This document shows positions 50,302 through 62,542 of a stretch of DNA of 64,000 nt, in pieces. How positions within the stretch are numbered: position 1 is the stretch's first letter; each line of letters begins with the position of its first letter. The stretch is from Microthyrium microscopicum. Taxonomy: Eukaryota. The stretch lies in the NCBI GenBank assembly GCA_010405405.1, contig MU004231.1:608153-672152 (forward strand), written 5' to 3'. Under the pieces are notes generated by a model. That model was given only the letters and a program-made list of their open reading frames with translations, made no database searches and had not been told where the DNA came from. Made by a program: the position numbers and the translations under genes.

Positions 50302-51441
50302 TTTGTCGATATCGTGCTTAAGGAGCATTTACAAGGAGTTGCACGTAGACACGCACTTCTTTTGGTATTGTAATAATGCAGTTCATGTTTCTCTCAAGTC
50401 TTGAGCCCAATATAATCATCACAGCCCAGTAGGCTGAGAATGAAAGAGGAGAGAACGTACGCAAAGATGGCATGAAGTTGGACGTCCGGCTAAAGTGAAG
50501 TGAGGCTGTATAACACGCTAGCGTTCTGCGGCAAGCAGAACTCGCTTAGCGTGGCGTATAATTGGTTCCCCACACTCACGAGGCTGAGCTAGCTGGTGCT
50601 CTAGCGCAGATCGTGGCATGAGCCCTGAGATGCAAAAGGACGGTTTCATCGCGCTTTCCCTCCTTCATTCTTTCTCCCAAGTTCTGGCCAAACTCCATCG
50701 CGGCAGCAACTACACTTCGCGGCACATCATCTATCATTATCTCTATGCAGCAATGCCGCATCGAATGGGAATTGTCAACCCTAGCACAGACCTGCGAATT
50801 TTGGATAGAAGCGACTAGCCAACTTGCCACGAATCCACACGATTGGACTCCTCTGCTTCCGAACAAAGCGATCGAGTCTATTCGAGGAAGTAAGTCTTTA
50901 CTGGTAACTGGATGCAGCACTGAGACTGTACGCCGCTTTTGCCAAGGTGTGTTTTATGCAATATGCACAGATACGCAGCACGCCTCTCAATACTTGAAGC
51001 CCAGCAGCCATGTACCAGCCTCAGCCTGACCAGGTCCTAGTAAGTGTAGAAACCTGTCAGAGATCCATCAAAGGCGGTCAGGTTGATGAGACAATGTCCT
51101 AATGGAAGCGTCCTCAACAAACAGAAAACTTCAGACACGTTGTTCTACGGAACTTTGAGTATGTAACATCACGGTCGTCAGGCTGGCTAGATGGACAACA
51201 TTCAAGCTTCGAACCAACCTGAAACGCATATCATTGGCAAAGCCTCATCAAATAATGGTCAATCTCAAGTAAAGTTTGGCTTCGTATTAAATAGCTAAGC
51301 CTTTCGCAGTTCTAAGGGTCAGTGAACCAGCAAGGAACAGCGAATAACAAGCAGAGTGTCGATCAATATCTCGTTAAAGGCCATTCTTAGAGACCCAGCT
51401 ACTGTCTTTCCTTATACCTTCGTTCGACATGCCAACACAGC

Positions 51442-51972
51442 TCAGTTCTTGACGAAGTCCGCAAAATGTGGACGGAGATAGTCTCTCTTTGCAACCTCCA
51501 CTCCCTTCGCTCTCAAGATATCGTAAGCAGTCACCAGATGGAAGTAGAAATTGGGTAGACTGGATCCGAATAAGTTTTCGAATCCCGTGAACTGCCCCCA
51601 TTTGTTGAATGTCTCTGGCTGGCTGGCAATCTTTTCCTCCTGTCCCTCAATACTTGCGCGGTCGATTCCATCGAGAAGCTCGCTGGTCGATACAACAAGT
51701 GCTTCCAATTCAGCAAATGTCTTTTCGTTGCCCTCTCTTTCGGGTACCTCGAGGTGTGCGACATTCTTCAAGAAGGTCTCCGCTACGACGCAGACGTATT
51801 GTACTTGGAACGAGAATGGGTTCATATCGTCAATGAGGCGCCATTCGACAAGGTCATCGAGTGGAATGTTTTTGGCAGCAGCGTGGGCTTTGGCTACCTC
51901 GAGAAGATGGGAAACCACCTTGAGGCCGCGGAGATATTGACCGACGGAGATATCGTAAAAGCTGATGGGCAT
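51442..51972 (-). CDS. DUF1993 family protein (DinB-like fold)
   Basis: RLIDDMNPFSFQV, SLPNFYFHLVTAYDILRAKGVEVAKRDYL. Confidence 0.88.
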   Translation of the reverse strand: MPISFYDISVGQYLRGLKVVSHLLEVAKAHAAAKNIPLDDLVEWRLIDDMNPFSFQVQYVCVVAETFLKNVAHLEVPEREGNEKTFAELEALVVSTSELLDGIDRASIEGQEEKIASQPETFNKWGQFTGFENLFGSSLPNFYFHLVTAYDILRAKGVEVAKRDYLRPHFADFVKN

Positions 51973-52254
51973 CTTGTGTGTATTCTGAGAATTATTGAAT
52001 TGAGGTTTGATTTTGGTTTATGCTCAGAGACGGATGAGGTCCCCAAGTTTATATACAAATGCCCTATTCCGGCTCCGGCGAACTTCAGAGCGGCTTCGGT
52101 CAAACAGGAGGTAAGTAGCACTGCTTGAGAAAGAAATTTACAGCTGTAAATATTATTGACAGACAAAACACAGGATGTTTCTTCCGCAGATTGATGTCTG
52201 AACATTAATTTAAGATGTCGGGACTTTGGTCATTTTTACTGTAAGCGGCTACAT

Positions 52255-54403
52255 CTAAGCCCATTCAAAGTGCTCTGAATGCAGATATACGCTTCCAGAC
52301 CTCGAGCCTTTGAGAATATTCAAATTTGCAGATGCAACTGCGTTCCGAACATCATTCAGCATCGTCGTTGGACCACAAACGTATACGCCAAGCGATTCGC
52401 CGGCTTCTGCTACTTTTGCTGCTTCGTCTTGAATGATCAGTGGCAGTTTCGGTCGGCCTTCGAACTCCTTGCCAGGCACAGCAGTCTCTACTCCTTTCTC
52501 GGGATCAACAATTCTCTCGTCGTTTGATGAAGTGGCTCCCTGTGAGCTTGTTCGATCCAAACTCTTGTGTGGCAGATCAGCCTTCTCTGCTGCCTCTCCA
52601 GTCAAGTACACCTGTACTCGAATTGAGGACGAAACGCTGGATGCTGGATATCTTGCCAGCAACTCACTTACAGTACGCTCAAACCATATTCTGCTGCTAG
52701 TGTCCCGAGTCGCAAGAATCACACGTAGAGATGTGGGGTTGTGGTGTCGACCGCGTACAGCCGTCTTCTCAGCAGACACTCTCCTTTCACCAGCAGACAC
52801 GGTCTTTTCATCGGTAGGAGCATTGTAACCTTGTTCTTCGTCGCCTGATGTTGCAGCTGATCGGACAAAACGCTCGACAAATGGCAAACACCAGCCAGCA
52901 CCGGCGCCACCAGCAATAACGACGAGATGATCTGCGTCATGAAGCCTTGAGGAGTTGACACCACCATATGGTCCATCGATTTGGACTCGTACCGGCTTGT
53001 CAGCATGGTCAAGCGCATGTTGATACAGCTTCGCAGTAAAACCACCTTGATGCCGAAGATAGAACACCAACTCGTTTTGTTCATTCGTGCTGTTTGCGGG
53101 TGAAGAGCAAATGGTGAATGGATGAGTTGAAATAGATTGCAGAAACCCAAAGCTTGTGAAACGCAAGAAACAGTGCTGGCCTGGGGTCCAATGGAACTTA
53201 ACTGGAACAGTGATGCGGGTGAACCCATTGTCCTCGACAACAATATGCGCTTGCTGAGTCCACCTATACTCAAAGATGGCACGGAGCCACGGATAGACGA
53301 AACAAGGAACATAAACAGCGGCTGTGGCAATGAAATAATGCCAACTGGTTAAAGTATAGTCGCAATGCCAGAAGAAAGTGAGCATGAAAATGGCGACGCT
53401 GACGAAATGGGTTATCTTGAAGAACTCATAACCAAGACTCCTGATAAATTGATTAGTTTCACAATCATTCCTAGGATATCACAAAGATTACTCACCGGAT
53501 TGTGCTGTGGGACATAAAAGTTAACCATGCTTGGAAGACAAGCGCAACTATTCCAGTCCAGTAAAAAAGCAAGTTCGAGGCAAAATGCGCCTCCATATCA
53601 TGCCAACGAATATGGTATACGATGAACGGAAAGGTATGTAATAGCGCAAGGATGAAGAAGGCATATGCAATCCAACGATGGAACACTTGAAGCCTCTCAT
53701 GCGATACACCAGTAAGTAGAGTTATCCAGTTCGTCTTGCTTGCGGTAGCACTGAACATTGTTAGATCATGAAAAGCATCATTGTAGTGTCGAACTTACAA
53801 AACAAATGGCATGCAAGCTGTAGCTAACCATCCAGACCTTGTTGCCAGTGCTGGAGAGTTTCCATATATCTCGGAGGGCCAGTAATAAGGCTTGGGAACC
53901 AAGTCCATACCTAACTCTCATGTTAGCCTCACATTACGAATATGCGACTTTCGTAGGGCATTGCTGAATCAAACTCACAAAAGAAGAAGATTGTGCCAAC
54001 AGCTCCAAGCAAAAGAACCCCTACAGGTGCCGAATTCCATCGCAGTTGTTTTACGTGGAAGCCGCGATACGACAGCCATCTGATACCCGCTATGGACTTC
54101 TGCCATATCGACACTCTTTGAAGTTTACGATGCCTGAAAAGAAGCGACGAGGCAAAGTGGCCAATGATGAAGACACCGATAACACTCATGAAGAACGCCA
54201 CGGTTGGCAATGCGAAGACATAATCAGCAATATACCTGTTGACCGTTAATATGCTGGTCGACACCAAAAACAAGACAGATTTTCACCTACCAATAATGCC
54301 AACGCTGCATGTACCAAGCACATTGTTCTGGAGTAAGCGGGTCACACACGAACATGCGACCGCCCGTGAGCGTTACTGGCGGAGTGAGCCATGCTAAACT
54401 CAT
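52255..54403 (-). CDS. Ferric/cupric reductase (FRE family), multi-exon
   Basis: KTNWITLLTGVSHERLQVFHRW, HPFTICS, DGPYGG, AGGAG, VCGP, HSEHFEW. Confidence 0.92.
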
Positions 54404-54660
54404 GTTGTCGTCTTCAAGCTACTTCCGTCGGCTTTGTCGCAGGTGAAGTTTGAGAGGAAATGCCAAAAGAACAGACTGTGAGTCGCGAGAGGAGAGAAGA
54501 CAGACGGTCCAAATGTTTTCAGTGTTCACCCACTAAATTATTTCCCAAACGTAAGAGATGAATGAGGACCTCGTTGACATGGGCATAGAAGCGTCTTATG
54601 CCCAGGCCCAATGCAAGCTTGTCATGCTGTTTGAAAAGCTTGAAAGCACTTGACCAGCCT

Positions 54661-54763
54661 TTTGCTCGGCAAGTCATTCTAGACTTTCCATTCGTGGTGT
54701 GGTAAGTCGTAAGGCCTGTTCGCTACTGGTGCTTGGTGGTAGTTCTGCGAATATTTGAGCAAG
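54661..54763. promoter_or_regulatory. Putative Mac1-type copper-response elements in the FRE/CTR bidirectional promoter
   Basis: TTTGCTCG at 54661-54668 matches TTTGC(T/G)C(A/G); a near match TGAGCAAG lies on the opposite strand at 54756-54763. Short motifs, supported mainly by context. Confidence 0.45.
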
Positions 54764-55054
54764 TTCCTGCAGCCAGGGACAAGGCCATGCGACTAGCGCA
54801 AATGGAGGATCTGCAAGACGACGATCGTTCACGACACTGCAAATACTCATGATCCCTCGAAAGGAGGGTGGGAATATTTGCTGTGAAATTTATTTTGATT
54901 TAGTTTCATCGACTTTACAGCTCTTCTCATTTCACGGCCGACATCGCATGCTCTAGAAAGATATAACGGCGGAGTGATCATATCGCACATCAGGTCGCAG
55001 CCCAACTTCCATTCAACGACTCGAAATATCAACGACTTCAAGAAAACCGAGATC

Positions 55055-55643
55055 ATGTCTATGGCCGGCATGAGTATGACGACTTCGATGTCTATGCCGT
55101 CGAGTGCAATGGGTGGAATGTCTATGCCGAGCGCAACAAGTTCCATGGCTATGCCAACTTCCATGATGAGCATGGATTCAATGGCCATGACATTCATCTC
55201 GTCTACTATGACTCCGTTGTTCTCCATGGCTTGGACTCCGGATTCCGCAGGAAAATATGCCGGAACATGCATATTTCTGATCGCACTTGCTACAGTCTTT
55301 CGCTTGTTACTCGCGATTCGACTGAACCTTTTTGAATTTCTCGGGGCTGTCAAACATCAACACAAGGAAGATGCGATATATGGTTATGGCAATAATACCG
55401 CAGCAAAGGTTCGACCGTGGAGAGCAAACGAGGCGGTCTGGATAGCATCAATGGACGTGCTTATCAGTGGTGTAGCATATTTGCTGTAAGTGCCATACAT
55501 CATGGTTCAGGATAACCGCTAATCTTTTCAGCATGATTGCAGTCATGACAATGAACGTTGGATACTTTCTATCTGTTCTCGGAGGCATATTTCTTGGAAG
55601 CTTGATATTCGGCCGATTCCTAGCTCAGTCCGCAGCTCATTGA
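55055..55643 (+). CDS. Ctr-family high-affinity copper transporter (intron 55486-55532)
   Basis: Met-rich N-terminus, TPLFSMAWTP...YAGTCIFLI, YLL|MIAVMTMNVGYF (MxxxM), GxxxG. Confidence 0.92.
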
Positions 55644-56190
55644 TATCTCTGCGATCTTTACGGCAGAGGACGAAGAGCGGCAAGCTCTCACTACTCCTCA
55701 TCCTACATGGACGTTGCAGAGAGCTCAATAAAGCATCAACAAATGGAATAATATAGTGCACAAGCGTACCATGAGAGGATGTAATGATGGATGGTGCATT
55801 CATGCTCAGTCTTCCCAGAAGCTCATTAGTCATTCTTGTCGAAAATTTCAAAGCAGCAATTCAGCGACCGTTCAATTGGTGCTTTGGCACGAGGAGAAAT
55901 ATCTCATTATATGGTTCCTTCCCTGATAACTGAACTGCCTATATCGTAGAAGGCTTCCTGGAGACTTCAAAGCTTTTGTGATTTCAATCCCAGCAGCCAA
56001 TCATGCTAAAAATATACCGCAATATACGTGATGTACTTTTGTCCATTTCCGTCGCCAAACGCCATTCAACCATCCCTACGTACTCGCGGCAATCCGGCTA
56101 CTCATCACTGTACATAAACCTTCTCCACCAACTCTTTCAAAAAGCCCATTTGCTTCCTTCAAGCGAATGCATGACCACACAACTCCTCTC

Positions 56191-56586
56191 TCAAGCGATC
56201 ATAACTGCCTCAACAGCTACGTATGCAAAGAGAAATGCAAGGATCATCCACCCTAGTTCTAGCTTCCCTGGCCCCGATCCAACTGAATGGCTCGTGGTTT
56301 TGTTTAGGGCCGGCCCGCATATAATCTCACCACTTCCACCCATTAGTGGAATCTCTTCTTGAATGCATTGGTAGGCACTGTTCCAATCAAGGGCAGGGTC
56401 GGTAATTTTGCAGTATTGAAAACAGTAGTCTGGTAAGCCTCCAGCAGTGTAGTTTTCGATGGGGCCATGATTACAGCATTTATGTAGAATTGCCGTATTA
56501 TTTGGTAAACCGAAGAGAGCGCAGGTCGCGCTCGTGGTAGGTGGATTGGGAAGCGAAGTCCATTGTAGGCAAGGGGTGAAGTTCAT
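56191..56586 (-). CDS. Small Cys-rich protein with C-terminal hydrophobic tail
   Basis: 131 aa, 8 Cys (C...C...CC...CFQYC...C...C), C-terminal WMILAFLFAYVAVEAVMIA. Confidence 0.6.
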   Translation of the reverse strand: MNFTPCLQWTSLPNPPTTSATCALFGLPNNTAILHKCCNHGPIENYTAGGLPDYCFQYCKITDPALDWNSAYQCIQEEIPLMGGSGEIICGPALNKTTSHSVGSGPGKLELGWMILAFLFAYVAVEAVMIA

Positions 56587-57480
56587 TTTGATAAGGTGCC
56601 AATTGTATTTGCTTTTAAGATGGACGGCTGAAAAGGTATAGATGTGAGCAAATTGTTCATAATAGATTCCAAACAGTCTCTTTTGGATCATTTGATGTGG
56701 CCACTGCGAAATCCTCGCCGCTTGGAGGCGTGTCCTCAAACCTACATCGCCGCATTGCTTCGCGGACAGGTGTAGAATCAATGGACCAACAAGGACTATG
56801 TATTTGCCCATCCTTTATACACGTGGTTTCTAATCATTGACTTGTCGTGTATAAACGTGCTTGCCTCATTATCTTAAAAGTATACACAACAACTTTGATT
56901 TGAGGCCTTCACGCCTCTTATTCATTCTAGATTTGGCTGATCAACACTCACGCCCTTCGGTGACAATTCAAGCCAGGACAGGCACCCAAGCGGGCTTTCC
57001 GTCAGATAGATCTCGTATACAAGGGAACTACCTAGGTATCAAAAACACACTTGCTGAAATGTGGCTGTGCAATCCAAACAATGGGTGAGTGGAACAGGAC
57101 GCCAAAGGAGATCATTATCCAATCGCTAATTTACACGTTTTGATTTGACCAATGACTGTTTCAGGAGCACTTTTAACATGATCTCAAATTTTGGTTTTCA
57201 CGATGTGGAACGGTAAGCCACAATGCGCTTCCGTATAGGGCTGGATTCCGAGGAATCCGGTGTAGCTTTGCTTTATAATTGACAGGGTTAGACTCCGAGG
57301 AATCCGTTGTAACTTGGCTTTTACAGCACTTACCTAAATCTAATTTCGGTACCATTCATTGGGGCCTGAACAATTCCTCAGGAACAACTACTTCACTACC
57401 ACTCTCCTATCTATATAACTCTGTCGTTTTTGACATGCATTTCCAAGGACGCACAATACAGCTACTAAATTCGCTTCCCA

Positions 57481-59358
57481 ATGGGACAACTTTCATACGC
57501 CGTTGCGATTCTCGTGGCATTGGCAAACGCCGCAGCCAGCATAGAAGGACCGATCGCAACCACAGCACAAGGAAAAGTAATTGGAGCAGTGCTAAACTCA
57601 AAAGTGAACGTTTGGAAGGGCATTCCATTCGCACAGAGTCCTCCAGAGCGATTTGCACCTCCGCAAGATCCGAAAAGCTATTCAACTCGCCAGGCGACTA
57701 GCAATTCCCCTGGTTGTATAGACCAATTCAACTGTACGTACCTCGAGTCACTGCAGCTTGACTGTAGGTTTGGAGCTTACTTAATTTTGTAATAGATCCA
57801 GAACCAGCGCGAAGTAACACAATTGACTGGTTCTTTTCCCCTTTGCCGGTGGAAAGCGAAGATTGCTTGTATTTAAACATATACGCTCCTAGAGGGAATT
57901 CGGTATGATTCCTAACTTGTTTTTCTGGGGGGGGTAACTTACCAATCGGCTTCAGTCCATTACCAAAACTAATGACAAGCACACGTTGAAGCCTGTGTTG
58001 TTCTGGATTCATGGAGGTGGCTTTTCTGCAGGATATGCTGGTGGTCCTCAATACAACGGGGAGAGTTTGGCAGAGAATCACGATGTTGTCGTTGTTGCGG
58101 CCAACTACCGAACCAATGGTCAGATTCTCTCTATAATAGTCGGACCTATCCTATCAGATGGTGACTAACATATTGATACTCAGTCTTTGGTTTCCCTGCT
58201 TCTTCTGAGCTAAAGCTGAACGAAACAAACCTCGGATTTCTAGACCAGCGTAAGGCACTAGACTGGACATTCGAAAACATCGCAGGTTTCGGCGGTGATC
58301 GAAAAAAAATTACTTTATTCGGACAATCAGCAGGCGCCATATCCGTACGTTGTTCACCATCAACATCACATAGCATTATGTCCAAACCACAAACCACTAA
58401 CATAAAACCCCCAAGATAAAATCCCTAATATCGAACCCACCCACTCCCCTCCCCTTCCGCGCCGCCATCCTCCAATCTCAGACCATAGGAACAAACGGCA
58501 ATACTGCTTCTTTCACAAAACTCGCCTCCCTCCTCAACTGCACCACCGCATCCGCACTCGCCTGCGTGAAAGCCGCGCCAGCGTTCCAAATCAAGTCCAT
58601 CATTGAGCACAACGCGATCCCATTCGGCCCACTTGTCGACAACAGCACCTTCTCCTTTGACTCACGCGTCCCAATAACCAGCGGAACAGCGGCAAGAATT
58701 CCTATGATTATCGGGACAAACTTGGACGAAGGGTCGAGCCAAGCGGCCACTGCGCTGAGCGCACCCAATGCTAGTCTAGCTGATGCATTTGGAGCTATTC
58801 TTCCTGGTGGCCCAGCGGCGGCACAAATGCTTATTGATAGTTTGAAACCGTTGTATAATTTGACGGTGTATAATACTGATCAGAAACTTGGGTATGGTTT
58901 TTTCCAAGCCTTTCAATACTTCCACACCATCGAGAGGCATTCGCTGATATATGACTAGTTCCGCAATACTCACAGACGCAGCATTCACCTGCCCAGCCTC
59001 CCTTCTGACTCAAGCAATCCAAAGCGCGAATTACACAGCGTACCGTTATTTCTACACCGCCAGCTTTCCAGCCCAATTTCCGTTCCCTGATGCGGGTGCG
59101 TATCATGGGGCGGAGATTGAGACGATTTTTGGAACGTATAATCACAGTATCACCGCGATGAAACCGCTGAGTAGGACATTGCAGAGTATCTGGGCAGGCT
59201 TTGCGAAGGATCCGATGAAGGAGATTCCTGGATGGGTGAAGCTGGGCGATCAGATCAATGAGATACCGAGTTCGGGAGTTGTTGGAAAGGTAGAGGCGAA
59301 TGTGGTGGATAGTAGATGTCAGTATATTAACCCGATTATTGTTGGGATGGGGATTTGA
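57481..59358 (+). CDS. Secreted type-B carboxylesterase/lipase, multi-exon
   Basis: Signal peptide, [35 protein letters not shown] nucleophile, GAYHGAEI. Confidence 0.92.
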
Positions 59359-60331
59359 GGTTTGACCTGAGGTGGTGATTGGATGCAGGATGTGATTGTC
59401 TGATCAGGGGATCTACTAGTATTTGGTAATGTAAAGTCGATATATAGACGGTGTATAATAATGTGCTCTGATATCTTGAACTTTTGCAGAGCGTTAAGCC
59501 GTTAACACAGTATTGGTCTTGTTCGCCCTGCAAGTATGGCGGCAGTCCGCTTCAGTATGCGATATGGGACCTCAGACTTCTTATCCTCGCTGGTGGAGAT
59601 CTTGCCAGGAGGAAACTTGGATGATACTGCCCTTCCTGCCTCGAGAGCTCGCGATATTCCGCCTTCGTACACATCTCTACCTAAGACACGACCTGTTAAG
59701 CTTGCGACCTTTTAAGGCTATATATAGATGTGACTTGTAGTCATTCATGTACGATAGGAGCTTAAAGTATTCCTCTACACTGGAATATGCAGTAAGGCTT
59801 GCTAACGCAAACAGTGTTTGACAGATAGAATATTCAAGCCAACTCTCATTCGAAACGATCACCTTAGCACGGATAGATATCGATAACCAGGTTCTGACGT
59901 CTTCGTACCTTCAAGTCCGACCAAGTATGACTGTGGTGATTGGAGAAGCCATGGCGACTGGAAAGCGCAGATAGATTCTTGACGTACACATCTCTCACGC
60001 AGTTTGTCTTTTGTTAGGAAAAGGCTCAGGCAAGTATTTATATCAGATTGGTTGGCACAAGATCACATCCGTTTTGTCTCAAATCAGGACCATAGATTCC
60101 TTTATTTTCTACGAATCTCGACTTCTGCATAAAAAGGCAACCCAACGCCACCATTGTTGGTGCAACGGAACTCATACTAGTGACGCCTTACCTCTACATC
60201 AACCGCCTCATACACTGGCTCGGATAGAGCGCTGGCAGCACCATCATTCTCATCAGAGGACTATCCGAGTGCTCAACACTTCCAGAACTTGTATTCTGGG
60301 CCACACATGTAAACATTGCTACTAACAATCC

Positions 60332-61760
60332 TCAATTGGGTGTCGAACGACACCCGCGGTCCTTCGGGTGACACTTGTGTGGCGGAGGTGGTGGCCCTCT
60401 TAGGGTAGTGTACTCTATTGTTCCAGGCAGAGCGCTCACAGTGTCGGCCACCGAACGACGATCGAGAGCCCAACCGCGCCCAGTATGCAAAATGTCAACT
60501 GTAGACTTCGAACGACGATGGAGAGCCCAACCGCGCCCAGTATGCAAAATGTCAACTGTAGACTTCGAGAGAGCGGGGACGTTCTTGTCGCTCTCAGTAG
60601 CGTCTTGTGATCCACGTGTCACTTGGTGAGTGCTATCCTGGTGGATCCGATCGGATTTCTCAGCTTTATCAGAACTGTCACGCTTCTAGAAAGATTAGTA
60701 TGCATTGATCAATACGACATTGTGACTACAACATACTATCGGTAGTGCCCAAAAGTCCATAAGGAATTCTCGTTCAACGCCTTCGGAACGCTTCAGCGAA
60801 TTCCGTCCCCAAGGCATCCCGAATGAAACATCGGTAGTACGGCGTGCGATTTTTGCAGCGTCTCTTGAACGACGCGTGAGCTGGTTAGTGTTGCGTTGGT
60901 CCGTCCGACCGGATTTCTCAAGTTCGTCGGAGCCGTCGCTTTTCTAGAAGGATTAGTTCCCGTTGATTAGAATGAAATTGTCATCAACATACTACCCCCC
61001 AGCGTTCCGGTGCAAAACTTTGGTCAACGCCCTCAGAGCGCTTGAGCGGGTGAGTGTTGCCTTGGTCTTTTTGATCGGATTTCTCAATTTTGTTGGGGCT
61101 GTCGCTTTTCTAGAAGGATTAGTTTCCGTTAATCAGGATAACATTGTCATCAACATACTACCCCCCAACGTTCCGGTGCGAAACTTTGGTCAACGCCGTC
61201 AGAGCGCTTGAGCGGGTGAGTGTTGCCTTGGTCTTTTTGATCGGATTTCTCAAATCTGTTGGGGCTGTCGCTTTTCTAGATGGATTAGTTTCCGTTGATC
61301 AAGATAATATTGTCATCAACATACTACCCCCCAACGTTCCGGTGCGAAACTTTGGTCAACGCCCTCGGAGCGCTTGAGCGAAGGCCATCTCCAAGGCGAC
61401 CCAAATGAGACGTCGACAGATCGGCGTTCGACCTTATTAAGCCTCGTTTTGGCATTTTTGAACCATATCCAAGGCTCCCCTAATGAGGCATCGGTAGTGG
61501 GAGGTTTAGTTTCTCCGGCACTCGATTTGGTTCTTTCGGCAATCCTTGGCCAAGCACAAGCGTGATAACGATCTTAAGATTTATCCGGTTAGTTGATCTG
61601 ATGACTGATGTATGCTTGGACTGTTGGACCTACCACCGGCTTTGGGCAGACCAAAAGCTGTAGTGTCCTTCTCAGTGAGTCCAGTCTTAGCCCTACAATC
61701 TATAGTAGGGAGAGCAACGGCAACAGACGTCCAGACAGATAGGAGAAATTGGGTCCTCAT
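60332..61760 (-). CDS. Secreted Kex2-processed repeat protein, candidate RiPP precursor (about 389 aa; exons 61760-61634, 61572-61325, 61275-61159, 61109-60993, 60943-60737, 60685-60332)
   Basis: Signal peptide MRTQFLLSVWTSVAVA-LP. Five GT-AG introns with CTAAC/CTAAT branch sites splice into one stop-free 1170-nt frame with 10 KR/RR sites and repeated Trp-containing segments. Confidence 0.85.
60452..60568. repeat. 57-bp tandem duplication within the last precursor exon
   Basis: Two near-identical copies encoding SKSTVDILHTGRGWAL[H/D]RR on the minus strand. Confidence 0.9.
60885..61380. repeat. 166-bp tandem repeat (117-nt exon + 49-nt intron unit), about 3 copies
   Basis: GGGTGAGTGTTGCC recurs at a 166-bp period; each unit contains a minus-strand GTATGT...CTAAT...CTAG intron. 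Confidence 0.9.
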
Positions 61761-62433
61761 TTTGAGTAGATTGGAATTTCTCTTGCAGGTTTAGGAATAT
61801 GGCTCTGGGACGAATTGTTCAACTGAATGGTCTTAGGAATACGATGTTTTATAGTACTTTCCACCCGTCCAGTCATGAGAATGTCTCTTAAGTTTGCTTT
61901 AACACTATCGTACAAGACTTTCGTCTCTAACGTGAAGCCATTCGCCGTTACAACTTCTGTAACATCCAAGTTAGTGCTACACTCATGGATAGTTACGATG
62001 ACATGTTACTCTAGTGTTTTGTTTGTATTACCATGACCAGTTTGTAAACTTTTCACTAAAATCGTCAAATGTGCTTAGCATTTGACATTTCGTTGGTGAC
62101 CCAGCCAAGACATGTTATGGTGTGACAGTCCAGAATCACCTTGTTGGATGTGAACTCCAAATCGAAACATGACTTCTATTTGGTCGAATTAAGTGAAGTG
62201 GGTCTCAATGGTGGTCGGCTAGTTAGCATGGAACCAGTCCTTTTGATGAAGTGAAGGTGGGTTACATAGCACCGTAATACCTAGATGGCCCCCAAAGTAA
62301 AAGAAAAAAGTATAAAAGTGAATTGTACCAACGATGATATTTGTGCAAGGGGGAGCATCACTTGCTGAGGAGTCTCATGACAACTTGTTAATGGAAGCAA
62401 ACCGAGCAAAGGATTTGGTAGTACTATCACGCA

Positions 62434-62501
62434 TAAACTTTACTTATTCTATTAGAGAACTCTCTACGCTAAACTTTACTTGTTCTATCAGAGAACTCTC
62501 T
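62434..62501. repeat. 36-bp-period tandem duplication just upstream of the DUF3328 gene
   Basis: TAAACTTTACTT[A/G]TTCTAT[T/C]AGAGAACTCTCT at 62434 and 62470. Confidence 0.75.
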
Positions 62502-62542
62502 GTGTTCTCCAGCTTCCACTTGGCTTTCCATCGTTTCCAAAC

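Noticed and set aside
50576..51029. Overlapping short ORFs between the membrane protein and DUF1993 genes
   Set aside because: No recognisable domain or coherent gene model.
51442..51972. Recent horizontal transfer of the intronless DUF1993 gene
   Set aside because: The family is widespread in filamentous fungi, and nothing in the sequence indicates recent transfer without a phylogeny.
60885..61380. Possible CRISPR-like array
   Set aside because: Eukaryotic context, no unique spacers, and the units are exon+intron duplications.
60963..61565. Plus-strand ORFs with repeated hydrophobic sequence (RVSVALVFLIGFL...)
   Set aside because: Antisense shadows of the minus-strand precursor; they shift frame with each 166-bp unit and mostly rely on non-ATG starts.
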